Both the position numbers and the translations under genes were made by a program. A stretch of 64,000 nt of DNA, from the NCBI GenBank assembly GCA_963849325.1, contig CAWKHF010000009.1, positions 96,001 through 160,000 of the forward strand, read 5' to 3'. The notes under the pieces are model-generated. The model searched no databases, was not told where the DNA came from, and saw nothing but the letters and a program-made list of their open reading frames with translations. Of the stretch, positions 20,496 through 30,401 are shown piece by piece; position 1 is the first letter of the stretch, and each line of letters begins with the position of its first letter. Source of the DNA: an uncultured Planctomycetota bacterium (GTDB lineage Bacteria; Planctomycetota; Planctomycetia; Gemmatales; Gemmataceae).

Positions 20496-21599
20496 TTAGT
20501 AGCCTTCGCCCTGAGTGGTGCCGTGCAGGGGATTGAGTTCGCCGCCGTAGCGGAAGTGCCACCCCTCGGCGGCGCGCAGGCCGTGCAGTTCGTCGAGCGT
20601 CAGACCGTAGCGCGCGAACCAGGGCTTGGCCCTCTCCTTGACCAGATCGTCAATCTGACGGACGCGATCGGCAGCCTCACCCCGCGCGAAACGCTCGCGG
20701 GCCGCCGGGCCATCCTGCTGGAAATACTCCTTCCAGAAGGCACGACCGCCGAGCACGCCGCTGGCGCCGGCGGCGACGGCCATCTCGACCTGCTGCTTGT
20801 AGGCAGGGAAATCGACGCCGGCGCTGAGCAGCACCCACGGCCGTTCCGAGGCGGCGTCCAGCTGGCGCAGGTTCTCCATCAGCTTACCTTCGCCGTCCTT
20901 GCCTAGCCAACCGGGGAACTCGGCCTTGTAGATGTCGCAATAACGGCTGAGTTGGCGGGCGCTCTCGATGACGGTCTCGGCCTTGCGATCGAGGAAGCTC
21001 TTGCTGTCCTTCTTTTCGCCCCCGAAGGGGAAGGCGATCGTCTCCAACAGCAGCAGGATGTCGTGCCGGCGGCACTCCTCGTAAACCTGCTGAATGAGGG
21101 CGAACTGATGCTCGGCGCTCTCCGGCTCGGTCGGCTCGAACTGGGCCAGCAGCTTGACGGCGTCGGCGCCGATGCGCTTGATCTTGTCCACGCCCCAGCC
21201 CGGTTCGATCTCGCCCAACGGTGCGCCGACGGTGCTCTCGCGGGCCGCCGACTTCTCGACGCGGACCAACATGCCGACGTGGGCCGGCAGATGAAAGCTG
21301 GCGATGGTGTTCCAGGCGCCGTAATAGCCGTCCACCAGGACGGCGCTGGCGTGCTGGCTCAGGGCGTCGGCAAGGACGATCTTGGCCTCGACCAGTTCGC
21401 TGTAGGTCGGCTCGCGGTTTTCGCCCTTCTTTTTGAGGCTGTCCTTAATCATGCGGATCATGGAGTTGTTTTGGTCTGTCGCCACCATGGTCAGCGTGCC
21501 GTTGTCGTTGCAAATGCGTTGCAGACCGCGCAGCTTGCCGGGGGTCAGTTGCAGTCCGAGCAGGCGAGTGACGCTGGTGAGAGCACGACCTTGCGACAT
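20496..21599 (-). CDS. tagatose-1,6-bisphosphate aldolase (LacD)-like class I aldolase
   Basis: MVATDQ, GADAVKLL, DIYKAEFP (Schiff-base Lys), PWVLLSAGV, GASGVLGGRAFW. Confidence 0.88.
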   Translation of the reverse strand: MSQGRALTSVTRLLGLQLTPGKLRGLQRICNDNGTLTMVATDQNNSMIRMIKDSLKKKGENREPTYSELVEAKIVLADALSQHASAVLVDGYYGAWNTIASFHLPAHVGMLVRVEKSAARESTVGAPLGEIEPGWGVDKIKRIGADAVKLLAQFEPTEPESAEHQFALIQQVYEECRRHDILLLLETIAFPFGGEKKDSKSFLDRKAETVIESARQLSRYCDIYKAEFPGWLGKDGEGKLMENLRQLDAASERPWVLLSAGVDFPAYKQQVEMAVAAGASGVLGGRAFWKEYFQQDGPAARERFARGEAADRVRQIDDLVKERAKPWFARYGLTLDELHGLRAAEGWHFRYGGELNPLHGTTQGEGY

Positions 21600-21976
21600 G
21601 GAAGGAGCCTCGTGTCAAGAACTTTTTTCCGGTTCACAACCGGAGTCATTCTAGGTGTGGCGGCGAGAGGAGCAAGCGCCGCCGCCGAAGACGAAATCCG
21701 TGCGCTCGTCCTCATCGTCGCCGGGTCCGATTGCCGATGAGGAAGGCAGTCACCCCCGACCCTTCCGCGGCGGTGGGTGCCCCGTCCGGTCGTGGACGGG
21801 TCCGAACGGCGGACGCCGCCGGCCGTGGGAGTCGCCGTCACGCCGACAGGCCGGCCCTCCCGCCCGCGCGGTCCAGACCCGCACCGCCCGCCGGCGCGGC
21901 GACCGCCGCCAAGGCGTCAAGGACACTCCGAGACGGCCCCCGCCGCCTTCGGCGTGTCCTTTCGCCTTTTTCTCTT

Positions 21977-22005
21977 TTGCCTTCATCGCTCCCGTCGCAT
22001 ATAGT
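21977..22005 (+). promoter_or_regulatory. sigma70-type promoter TTGCCT-17-TATAGT for fae
   Basis: near-consensus hexamers with a 17-nt spacer. Confidence 0.55.
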
Positions 22006-22058
22006 CCTCCACATCGACCCGGACGACTCAGACGAACCTTCTTACAGGAGAACGAGCG

Positions 22059-22556
22059 ATGTCGATGTTCATCGGCGAAGCGCTGGTCGGCGAAGGGAAT
22101 GAAGTGGCGCACATCGATCTGCTGATCGGCTCCAAGGACGGCCCGGTGGGCGTGGCCTTCGCCACCGCCCTGGCGAATCAGAAGCAGGGCTTCACGAACC
22201 TGCTGGCCTTACTGACGCCCAACCTGCCGTGCAAGCCGGCCACTGTGCTGATTACCAAGGTGACCATCGAAGGCATGCACCAGGTGGCGCAGATGTTTGG
22301 CCCCGCCCAGGCCAGTGTCGCCAAGGCCGTCGCCGACAGTGTCGTTAGTGGCGTGATCCCCAAGGGCGACGCCGACAACCTCGTGATCGTGTGCGGCGTC
22401 TTCATCCATCCCAAGGCCAAGGATGACACGAAGATCTACGATTTCAACTACGCGGCGACCAAGCTGGCCATTCAGCGGGCCATGAAGGGCGAGCCGAAGA
22501 TCGACGAGATTCTGTCCAAGAAGGACTCGGCGAAACATCCCTTCTCGCCGAAGTGA
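22059..22556 (+). CDS. fae: formaldehyde-activating enzyme (H4MPT-dependent)
   Basis: IGEALVGEGNEVAHIDLLIG, QMFGPAQ..VAKAVADSV, GVFIHP, NYAATKLAI. Confidence 0.95.
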   Translation: MSMFIGEALVGEGNEVAHIDLLIGSKDGPVGVAFATALANQKQGFTNLLALLTPNLPCKPATVLITKVTIEGMHQVAQMFGPAQASVAKAVADSVVSGVIPKGDADNLVIVCGVFIHPKAKDDTKIYDFNYAATKLAIQRAMKGEPKIDEILSKKDSAKHPFSPK

Positions 22557-22565
22557 ACAGCCGAA

Positions 22566-22619
22566 TCCGAGCCTGAAGCGTAAGCGAAGAGCGCTCTTCG
22601 CTTACGCTTCAGGCTCGGA
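22566..22619. repeat. REP-like palindrome family C (TCCGAGCCTGAAGCGTAAGCGAAG)
   Basis: perfect 54-bp palindrome between convergent genes; five copies in the window. Confidence 0.92.
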
Positions 22620-22631
22620 GGAGTTTGGTAT

Positions 22632-23999
22632 TCAGCGCCCCATCAGGTAGGCTTTCAGATCCATACCGATCTTCTGGCAGCGGCTGCGCCATTCCGGCGT
22701 GGGTGTGCCGCTGCCCGGGCGCATGATGAGAGTGATGCGGAGCGAGCTGGGCCGCGCCGGATCCCGTCGCTCCATGCGCAGCTCCAGATCGGTCGCGGCG
22801 GGCGCCGGCAAGACGGCGGACTTGCGCGCGCCTCGGTCCAGCAGGGAAAACAGACCGCTCTTCTTCTTGGGCGCCGCCGCTTCGCCCAGGCGGACGCGGA
22901 CCAGCCCCGGCAGCGTCTCGACCACCTCGCTGCCCAGGTCGTGCAGAAAGCCTTTCAATTTGAGCATGGCCATCGCTTCGGGCATGTCGGCCTCGAAATC
23001 CTGGCGCAGGGCGTGTCGGTCGAGGGCGGCCGGCAGCGGCGTAGTGGGCGACGGCCGCGGCGACGCCTCGGCGCCGGCCGGCACGTCCCGGAAGGACTTC
23101 CGGCTGAGGAGTTCAGCTCCTTCTCGGCGCGGCGCGGACAATCGTTTGCCGACGGCCGACTCGTAGCGCTGGGCGAGTTCCGCGGAATCGCCGGGGCGCT
23201 GCTCGGGATGCTTGGCCAGGCAATCGCGTACCACGGTTTCCACGTCGGGCGGGACGTGCGTGATGCCCCGTTCGGCAAAGCGAGGCGGGGCGTCCTGCGC
23301 ATGCGCGCGCAGCAGGGCGTCGGCCGAGGCGTGCTCGAACGGTCGCCGGCCGGTCAGCATTTCGTACAGCACGACACCGACGCTGTACAGGTCGCCGCGA
23401 GCGTCGAGGTCGAGGCCGCGCGCCTGCTCCGGCGCGATGTACTCGGGTGTGCCCGAAGCGGTCGGCGCGGCCGCATTCACCAGGTCGTCGGCGCCGATGT
23501 ACAGCAGCGAGGCCATTTTCGCCAGGCCGAAGTCCATCAGCTTGAGCGTCTCCTGCGGCGAGCAGGGGTGCAGGACCATCAGATTGCCCGGCTTGATGTC
23601 GCGGTGGACGATACCGGCCCGGTGGGCGGCGCCGAGCACGTCGCACAGCTGCACCAGCAGCCGGCCCGTCCGCTCCGGCGTCAGCCGGCCCTCGCGGTGC
23701 AGCAGCGTCCCCAGGTCGAGGCCGCGCAGATACTCCATCACCAGCACCGGACCGCCGGGTTCGTTGGGCGACGAGTCGCAATAGCCGACGGCGTTGGCGT
23801 GCTGGAAACGAGACAAGATGTGAATCTCGCGGCGGAGCAATTCGCGCGGCCGCGACTGGCTGAGGAACTGCTCTTGCAGCACCTTGACCACCACTTCGCG
23901 CGTCGCGTCGGTCTGGCGGGCCAGCCAGATCTGGCACATGCCCCCCTGATCGAGCAGACGGGAAACTCGGTACTTACCGAGCAGGACGCGACCGAGCAT
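22632..23999 (-). CDS. Hanks-type Ser/Thr protein kinase
   Basis: VVVK, HRDIKPGN, DFG, GTPEYIAPEQ, DLYSVG. Confidence 0.93.
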   Translation of the reverse strand: MLGRVLLGKYRVSRLLDQGGMCQIWLARQTDATREVVVKVLQEQFLSQSRPRELLRREIHILSRFQHANAVGYCDSSPNEPGGPVLVMEYLRGLDLGTLLHREGRLTPERTGRLLVQLCDVLGAAHRAGIVHRDIKPGNLMVLHPCSPQETLKLMDFGLAKMASLLYIGADDLVNAAAPTASGTPEYIAPEQARGLDLDARGDLYSVGVVLYEMLTGRRPFEHASADALLRAHAQDAPPRFAERGITHVPPDVETVVRDCLAKHPEQRPGDSAELAQRYESAVGKRLSAPRREGAELLSRKSFRDVPAGAEASPRPSPTTPLPAALDRHALRQDFEADMPEAMAMLKLKGFLHDLGSEVVETLPGLVRVRLGEAAAPKKKSGLFSLLDRGARKSAVLPAPAATDLELRMERRDPARPSSLRITLIMRPGSGTPTPEWRSRCQKIGMDLKAYLMGR

Positions 24000-24272
24000 G
24001 ATGAATGCCTCGAAAACCTCTGTCCGATTGCAGGCCCGTTCCGAGAGGGCGGCCTGCTCAACTCTAGAGTGCGAATGTCCGTCGTGCCAGCCGCGCCCGT
24101 CTTTTCTCCCGCACAACCGCTAATGTCGCCCCCATTCTCCCGGCCGCCGGTTGTCGCGGACCGAAGCGGCGTCAGGACGTTTTGCTCTCGGGGAGCGCCA
24201 CCTGCGACACTGCACGTACCCGCCGCGAGACGTTGCCCCGGCTCGCTGTTCTCCTGTTTCGAGGCCGCGCAC

Positions 24273-25068
24273 ATGGATCAGGTTTGGACCGGCGATTGTC
24301 TGCGTCATCTCGCCGAATTGCCGGAGGCGAGCGTGGATCTGGCCTTCGCCGACCCGCCCTTCAACATCGGTTACGAGTATGACGTTTACAACGACCGGCA
24401 GACGCGCGAGGAGTACCTGGCGTGGACGGAGCGCTGGCTGGCAGCGGTGCGGCGCGTTCTGAAGGCGGATGGCTCCTTCTACGTCGCCATCGGCGACGAA
24501 TACGTCGCCGAGCTGAAAGTACGGCTCGACGCGCTGGGGCTGGTCCTGCGCAACTGGATCGTCTGGCACTACACCTTCGGCGTCAACTGCCAGCGCAAGT
24601 TCAACCGCAGCCACGCCCACATTCTCTACTATGTGCGGGACGAGAAGCGCTTCACCTTCAACGCGGCGGCGGTGCGTGTGCCGTCGGCGCGGCAGACGAC
24701 GTATGCCGACCGCCGGGCCAACCCGACCGGCAAACTGCCCGACGATACCTGGGTGCTGCGGCCCCAAGAGGACGCCCGCTGTTTCGCGCCGGAGGGCGAC
24801 ACCTGGTATGCGGCCCGCGTGTGCGGCACGTTCAAGGAGCGCACCGGGCATCCGTGCCAAATGCCGGAGGCGGTGCTGGAGCGCATCGTCGCGCGTATCG
24901 AGCAATCCGGGCGATCTGGTGCTCGATCCGTTCGCGGGCAGCGGTACGACGTTGGCCGTGGCCAAGCGCCTGGGCCGCCGTTACCTCGGCATCGAGCTGT
25001 CGGAGGAATACGCCGAGCGAATCCGCCAGCGGTTAGCCGAGATTGGCGGACAGCGTCAGGAGGCGTAA
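24273..25068 (+). CDS. N4/N6 DNA methyltransferase (beta class), probable sequencing frameshift ~24893
   Basis: DPPF, HPCQMP, then [11 protein letters not shown] in the shifted frame. Confidence 0.88.
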
Positions 25069-25125
25069 AATGCCGCTTGCGGCTTCGCCTTCCGTGCGCT
25101 CCCCGCAAGCGATAAAGATTCCACG

Positions 25126-25764
25126 ATGCTCCCTCTCTTGCTGAACCTGACGGATCGCCTCGCCGTGGTGGTTGGCGGCGGCGCCGTCGGTCGCCGCAAG
25201 GCGTCGGCCGTCCTGGCGGCCGGCGGCCGGGTGCGGCTGATTTGCCTGGAGCCGCGACCGGCGGAGATGATCGAACCCCTCCTCGAATGGCGGACGGCGG
25301 CGTACACGGTGGACCATCTGGACGGGGCGTCTCTCGTCTTCGCCGCCGCGGTCGCCGACGTGAACGTGCGCGTCGTTGCCGACGCCCGGACGCGCGGCGT
25401 ATGGGTGAACGCGGCTAGCGAGCCGAGCCAGGGCGATTTCTTCCTGCCGGCGACCGTTCGCCGCGGCGACTTCGTTTTAGCTGTCAGCACGGGCGGGGCC
25501 GCGCCGATCCTCACGCAGATTGTCCGCGATCGCTTGGAGGCGGAGTTTGACGAGGCATTCGGCGTCTGGGCGGGGCTACTGGCCGAACTGCGGCCTCTGG
25601 TTCGAGAGCGCATCGCCGATGCTGAACAACGACGGGTCATACTGACACATTTTTGTCAGTGGGAATGGCTGCTCCGTCTCCGCGAGGAGAAGACGGATAC
25701 GGTGCGCGAGGCCATGCAGTCGTCGATCGAAGCGATTGTGGAATCCTGCGCGGGAATAGACTAA
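25126..25764 (+). CDS. precorrin-2 dehydrogenase / sirohydrochlorin ferrochelatase (SirC/CysG N-terminal type)
   Basis: VVGGGAVGRRK, DFFLPA, AVSTGGAAP. Confidence 0.9.
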   Translation: MLPLLLNLTDRLAVVVGGGAVGRRKASAVLAAGGRVRLICLEPRPAEMIEPLLEWRTAAYTVDHLDGASLVFAAAVADVNVRVVADARTRGVWVNAASEPSQGDFFLPATVRRGDFVLAVSTGGAAPILTQIVRDRLEAEFDEAFGVWAGLLAELRPLVRERIADAEQRRVILTHFCQWEWLLRLREEKTDTVREAMQSSIEAIVESCAGID

Positions 25765-25830
25765 CAATGGAAACAAGAAGAATGTCGGGGACATCCAGAC
25801 CAACTCGCGAAGCCCGCTGGAGGCGGAGGA

Positions 25831-26232
25831 ATGAACCAGGTACATCCAACCGTTCGCTATCTGATCATCTGCGAGGACGTTCTGACCGCTCCCGACAATC
25901 CGCATCGCGTCACGCTCATCGATCTGATCAACGCTATTCGATCGCTGGAAAAACCTCCCTTTCCGCTGCTATATCCGGAGATATGCGTTTTCCTCCAGCT
26001 GACCGAATGTCGTGGCCCGGGCGACGGGCGGATCGAGATCCAGCACGCGGATTCCGGCCAGGTCGTATTCCGCACCCGCACGCGCACTCTTCCACTCGGT
26101 GACGACCCGCTGGAGGTTGTGGGTGTCATCTTTCGCATTCGGAATTGCTACTTCCAACAGCCGGGGCTTTACTGGGTTCAGTTCTGGTACAATGAGCAGA
26201 TGATCGCGCAGCAATCTCTCTTGCTGAGGTGA
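25831..26232 (+). CDS. DUF6941-like hypothetical protein
   Basis: LIICEDV...F..PG.YWVQF pattern; GGAGG RBS. Confidence 0.7.
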   Translation: MNQVHPTVRYLIICEDVLTAPDNPHRVTLIDLINAIRSLEKPPFPLLYPEICVFLQLTECRGPGDGRIEIQHADSGQVVFRTRTRTLPLGDDPLEVVGVIFRIRNCYFQQPGLYWVQFWYNEQMIAQQSLLLR

Positions 26233-26238
26233 CGATTG

Positions 26239-26610
26239 ATGACCAGCCAAAGCGGTGGGAATATCCGGTGTCTCGTGGTTGGCGAGTACGTGGATGAGGC
26301 AGAGATCCCGGCGAACATAACGTGCTCTCGCGGCGAGACGGTGCGCACGCACCTGGTCGCCAACTATCTGGACTTATGGGGCCAGGGCGACGAATTGAAG
26401 GAGTTCACGATCCTGTTGAAAGACAAGGGGAGCATCTTCGTTCACGGGCATGGTTTGAAGCTTATTCCCCCCACTCCCTCCGAGCCGTTTAGCCATTACA
26501 GTGTTATCGTCCGCGCCGGCGAAGAAGAAGTGATCGTCGCGCTCTTCAAGAGTTTGGAGGTCGCCGGCATCTTTTCCGGTGAGATGCGGACCCAACCGAA
26601 CATCGCCTAA
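26239..26610 (+). CDS. hypothetical protein (123 aa)
   Basis: GAGGT RBS, closely follows the upstream gene. Confidence 0.7.
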   Translation: MTSQSGGNIRCLVVGEYVDEAEIPANITCSRGETVRTHLVANYLDLWGQGDELKEFTILLKDKGSIFVHGHGLKLIPPTPSEPFSHYSVIVRAGEEEVIVALFKSLEVAGIFSGEMRTQPNIA

Positions 26611-26778
26611 CCGATCCGCTATCTAGCCCGACCTCTTTCGCGCGTCGTCGCATCGTGCCTGCTCCTCCGAGTTATCCCGTGCTTGCTTGGCTCCCCTTCC
26701 GCCATCCGGTACACTGAACCCTGAACCCGACACTCCCCTGGTCGAGCACCCTCCGAGGAGAGCGGAGGGCGAAACACC

Positions 26779-27590
26779 ATGCTGGATCGCGTTACCATCG
26801 TCTGCTTCCTCGCCTCCTATGCGATGGCCCTCGTGCTGGAGTTGCTGTATCAGTTTCGGCCGCGGCGCGTGTTCCGCTGGCTGGCCGTCGCGTTCGGCGC
26901 GGCGGGCCTGGCGGCCCAGACGATCTTCCTGGCGGTGCAGCAGCCGCCCTTGATCCGGCAGTTCGGTTGGATGCTGTTCCTCGCCTGGATTTTGGCGATC
27001 TTCTACCTGATCGGCTCGGTGCATCACCGTCGCCTGTCGTGGGGGCTGTTCGTGCTGCCGTTGGTGCTGGGACTGGTCGGCCTGGGTGCGGCGTTCGGCC
27101 GGCCGGCCGAAGGCGACAACGCACGCGGCGACAACGTGCTGCCGATCCAGGACGCCTGGGCGCTCTCCACGGCGGACTCTTGCTCCTGGCCGCTGTCGGT
27201 CTGTGCGTCGGCTTTCTGGCCAGCTTGATGTACCTGGTGCAGGCCCATCGGCTACGGGCCAAAACACTACCCGGCCACGGACTGCGCCTATGGAGCCTGG
27301 AACGCCTGGAAGCGATGAACCGCCGGGCCATCGTCCTCGCCTTCCCGCTGCTGACGGCGGGAATGCTCGTCGGTCTCGTCCTCATGTTCCACGACCACCT
27401 GTCCGACTGGAGTGATCCGCGCGTGCTGGCCTCCGTCGTCTTGTGGCTGAGCTTTGCCGTGCTGTTGTATCTGCGTTACGGCTACCACCTGCGCGGCCGG
27501 CCGGTCGCCCTGCTGACGATCCTGACCTTCGTGCTGCTGGTCGGCTGCCTCATCTTGCCGCACTGGCCGGGGCAAGGGGGTGGACGATGA
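26779..27590 (+). CDS. ccsA: cytochrome c assembly protein CcsA/HemX family, probable sequencing frameshift ~27160
   Basis: multiple TM helices; ALHG, MYLVQ, SLERLE, WSDPR; overlaps the hemA start. Confidence 0.82.
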
Positions 27591-28873
27591 TCCTCCTCGC
27601 CATCGGTTGCAGTTACAAGACCACGCCGGTCGATGTCCGCGAACGGTTGGCCTTCAAGGACGATCACCTGGCCCGCGCCCACACCGAACTGTGCAGTGGT
27701 TTCGATTGCGAGGCCGTCATCCTCAGCACCTGCAACCGCGTCGAGCTGTACGTCGGCTGCGTTCTCGATGGACCCGAATCGTCGCGTGAGTTGGATGCGG
27801 AGTCGATCGCGGAGTTCCTCGCCGACTTTCACGGCCTGCCTGCCTCCGTTGTCCGCCCCCACCTGTACGTTCACCGCCAGGCCGAGGCCGTCCATCATCT
27901 GTTCCGCGTCGCCGCCAGCCTCGACAGCATGATCGTCGGCGAGGGGCAGATCGCCGGGCAGATCAAAAAGGCTTACGAGCAGGCCGTCCGCGACGACAGC
28001 GTCGGGACGCTGCTTCATGCCGTGTTTCGCCATGCCCGCCGCGTTGCTCGCCGAGTGCGCACCGAGACCGGCATCTCGCGCGGCCACGTTTCCGTCTCCA
28101 GTGCCGCCGTCGATTACGTCAAGCAGGTCTTCGACCACTTCGGCGACAAGACCGTACTGGTCATCGGCGCCGGCAAGATGGGCGAGTTGACGCTGCGGCA
28201 CTTGCGGCAGTTGCAGCCGCGGCGCATCTGGGTCACCAACCGCAGTCCCGACAAGGCGATGACCGTGGCGCGCGGCTGCGGCGGCGAGGCGAAACCGTGG
28301 GAGGAGTTGGACGATCTGCTGACCGGCGCCGACATCGTGCTCAGCACCACCGGCGCTCCCGAGCCGATCGTCACGCGCGAGCGCTTCGAGCACATCGCCA
28401 ACCGGCGGACGGGGGGGCCGCTGGTCATCCTCGACATCGCCGTGCCGCGCGACTTCGATCCGCGCATCCACGACGGCGATCGCACCTGTCTGTTCAACAT
28501 CGACGACCTGAAGCGCATCCGCGAAGCGACGTTGGCGGATCGCCTCAAGCACGTCGAGCCGGCCGAGGCGATTGTCCACGAGGAGACGAAGACGTTCCTC
28601 AAGGATTGGGCGCGGCGGCGCAACGGCCCGTTGATCGCGCGGCTGACGCAGGACTCCGACGCCAAGCGCCGCGAGATCGTGCGGCAGCTGCTGGGCCGAC
28701 TCAACGGCCGGCTCAGCGACGCCGACCGCCGCGAGATCGAAGGGGCGTTTCGCCTATTCCAGAACCGCCTGCTACACGGCCCCATCACGGCGCTGGCCGA
28801 AGAAACGCACAGCGGTCCCGGCAGCCACACGCTGCTCGACGCGCTGCGCAAACTATTCCGACTCCAAGAATAA
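27587..28873 (+). CDS. hemA: glutamyl-tRNA reductase
   Basis: LSTCNRVE, SLDSMIVGEGQI.GQ, GAGKMG, DIAVPRD. Confidence 0.96.
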   Translation: MILLAIGCSYKTTPVDVRERLAFKDDHLARAHTELCSGFDCEAVILSTCNRVELYVGCVLDGPESSRELDAESIAEFLADFHGLPASVVRPHLYVHRQAEAVHHLFRVAASLDSMIVGEGQIAGQIKKAYEQAVRDDSVGTLLHAVFRHARRVARRVRTETGISRGHVSVSSAAVDYVKQVFDHFGDKTVLVIGAGKMGELTLRHLRQLQPRRIWVTNRSPDKAMTVARGCGGEAKPWEELDDLLTGADIVLSTTGAPEPIVTRERFEHIANRRTGGPLVILDIAVPRDFDPRIHDGDRTCLFNIDDLKRIREATLADRLKHVEPAEAIVHEETKTFLKDWARRRNGPLIARLTQDSDAKRREIVRQLLGRLNGRLSDADRREIEGAFRLFQNRLLHGPITALAEETHSGPGSHTLLDALRKLFRLQE

Positions 28874-28889
28874 ACCACGAAGAAAAGAC

Positions 28890-29067
28890 AAAACATTTCA
28901 CCACGGAAAACACGGAAAACACGGAAAAAAGGCAAAAAGAAAAACCATAACAAGAAGGACGTGGAACGATACCGTTGGGGGACCGTGAGGCCGCGCATTG
29001 CCGAAGGAGTTTTTTGATTTTTTGTTTTTTTTCCGTGCTTTCCGTGTTTTCCGTGGTGAAATGTTTT
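28890..29067. repeat. AT-rich element with inverted arms built of CACGGAAAA nonamer repeats
   Basis: AAAACATTTCACCACGGAAAACACGGAAAACACGGAAAAAA and its near reverse complement about 100 nt downstream. Confidence 0.85.
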
Positions 29068-29092
29068 GGGAATGAATAGAGCTTCTTGACTC

Positions 29093-30391
29093 ATGCTTAT
29101 GGCATCCGGCTCCAACCTGCTGGCGTGGTCCCTGCTGGGAGCGGCGATGGTCCCCATCGCCGGCTTCTTCCTGCAAGTCGTGTGCAACATGTGCGGCGCC
29201 GACGCGCCTTCGCTTCGTCGCGCCAGCCTCATCTCGCTTCTGGTTGCGGCGGCCGCCTTCTTCACCTTCGACCTGATTGGCTACGGCATTGTCCTGGGCA
29301 CACGGGACACGGTGAATCTGAACCTGCCGCCCGGCTACGGTTACGGCAACTGGCTGCGCGAACCACTCTACCTGAAATGGCACGTCATGGGCCTGGTGCC
29401 CGTGCTCCGCTACCTGCCCGTCGCCTTCGCCCTGTGCCTGGCGGCGACGCTTTATGTTTTGATTCTCAAGGAACCCTTCCGCAATTGCGCGGTGATCCTG
29501 CTGGTTCAGTGGACCCTCAACGTCGTGGCGATGGCGGTGCTGACCTTCCTGCTGTCCGTGACCGTCGGATTCGTGGGCCATTCGCTCCAGCCCCCGACGC
29601 AGCCGGTTGCCGACGGCTCGGGTCTCCGGGGTGCTCTCGCCGACCATCACGGCGAGGCCGGATCGTTCGTCAAGCAGATGCGCGGACAACTTCATGCCCT
29701 CGATGAGAATTTCGGACCCTATCTGGAGCCGATCAAGACCGCCTGCCAACCGTACACGACGTATCTGCCGCCAGTAGTCCAGGAATTCCTCGATGACGGC
29801 GGTTGGTGGCTGGTGCTGGCCGCATTGGCCGTCGTCGCCGTGCTGTGGCTGCGGGCGCTGACGCGACGCTTGAAACGAGCCTTGTTTCGCAGGAAAAAAC
29901 GCGGCCACAAGAAGCGGTCGCAAGATCTGGTCATCGACCTGGATCTGGTGAGCGACGCCTTCACCGATCCGGGATCACATCAGATCACGGTGCGCGGCCA
30001 GCCGGGCCGACTGCGGCTCGTGGTCCTGTCGCCGTCCAGTAGCTACGTCGGCGACCTGTTGCCCGAGATGGCCGAGAGCTTACTGGACTGGCTTCAGCCG
30101 GGATTGGGCGACATCGTCGCCAGCGACAGCCCGCGCGTGGTGGTTTGGCCGCGCTATGCCAGCGCCGGTCGGTTTGACGAGATGTTCCCCAAGCTGGTCC
30201 AGGCGCCGGAGACGAAAGGGCGACGCTCGCCCTGGATGCTGCTGTCCGGCGCCGCTCGCCTGGGCCGACAAACGATTTTCCTGGGACTGGCCGTCTACCT
30301 GGACAAGACCACCTTCACACGCGAAGTCCGGGTCGAAAAGGACAAGTGGAACGAAGTCCTCGGCGTGCAAAAAGTCACGGAAGCCGTTTGA
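29093..30391 (+). CDS. hypothetical multi-pass membrane protein
   Basis: about 6 TM segments plus a soluble C-terminal domain; strong codon bias. Confidence 0.8.
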   Translation: MLMASGSNLLAWSLLGAAMVPIAGFFLQVVCNMCGADAPSLRRASLISLLVAAAAFFTFDLIGYGIVLGTRDTVNLNLPPGYGYGNWLREPLYLKWHVMGLVPVLRYLPVAFALCLAATLYVLILKEPFRNCAVILLVQWTLNVVAMAVLTFLLSVTVGFVGHSLQPPTQPVADGSGLRGALADHHGEAGSFVKQMRGQLHALDENFGPYLEPIKTACQPYTTYLPPVVQEFLDDGGWWLVLAALAVVAVLWLRALTRRLKRALFRRKKRGHKKRSQDLVIDLDLVSDAFTDPGSHQITVRGQPGRLRLVVLSPSSSYVGDLLPEMAESLLDWLQPGLGDIVASDSPRVVVWPRYASAGRFDEMFPKLVQAPETKGRRSPWMLLSGAARLGRQTIFLGLAVYLDKTTFTREVRVEKDKWNEVLGVQKVTEAV

Positions 30392-30401
30392 GCCGATGTC
30401 C

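Noticed and set aside
24273-25068. Restriction-modification or defence system
   Set aside because: No nuclease next to the MTase; it appears to be an orphan among housekeeping genes.
22941-25115. 724-aa ORF as a large methyltransferase
   Set aside because: The N-terminal part is antisense to the kinase; MTase motifs begin at 24273.
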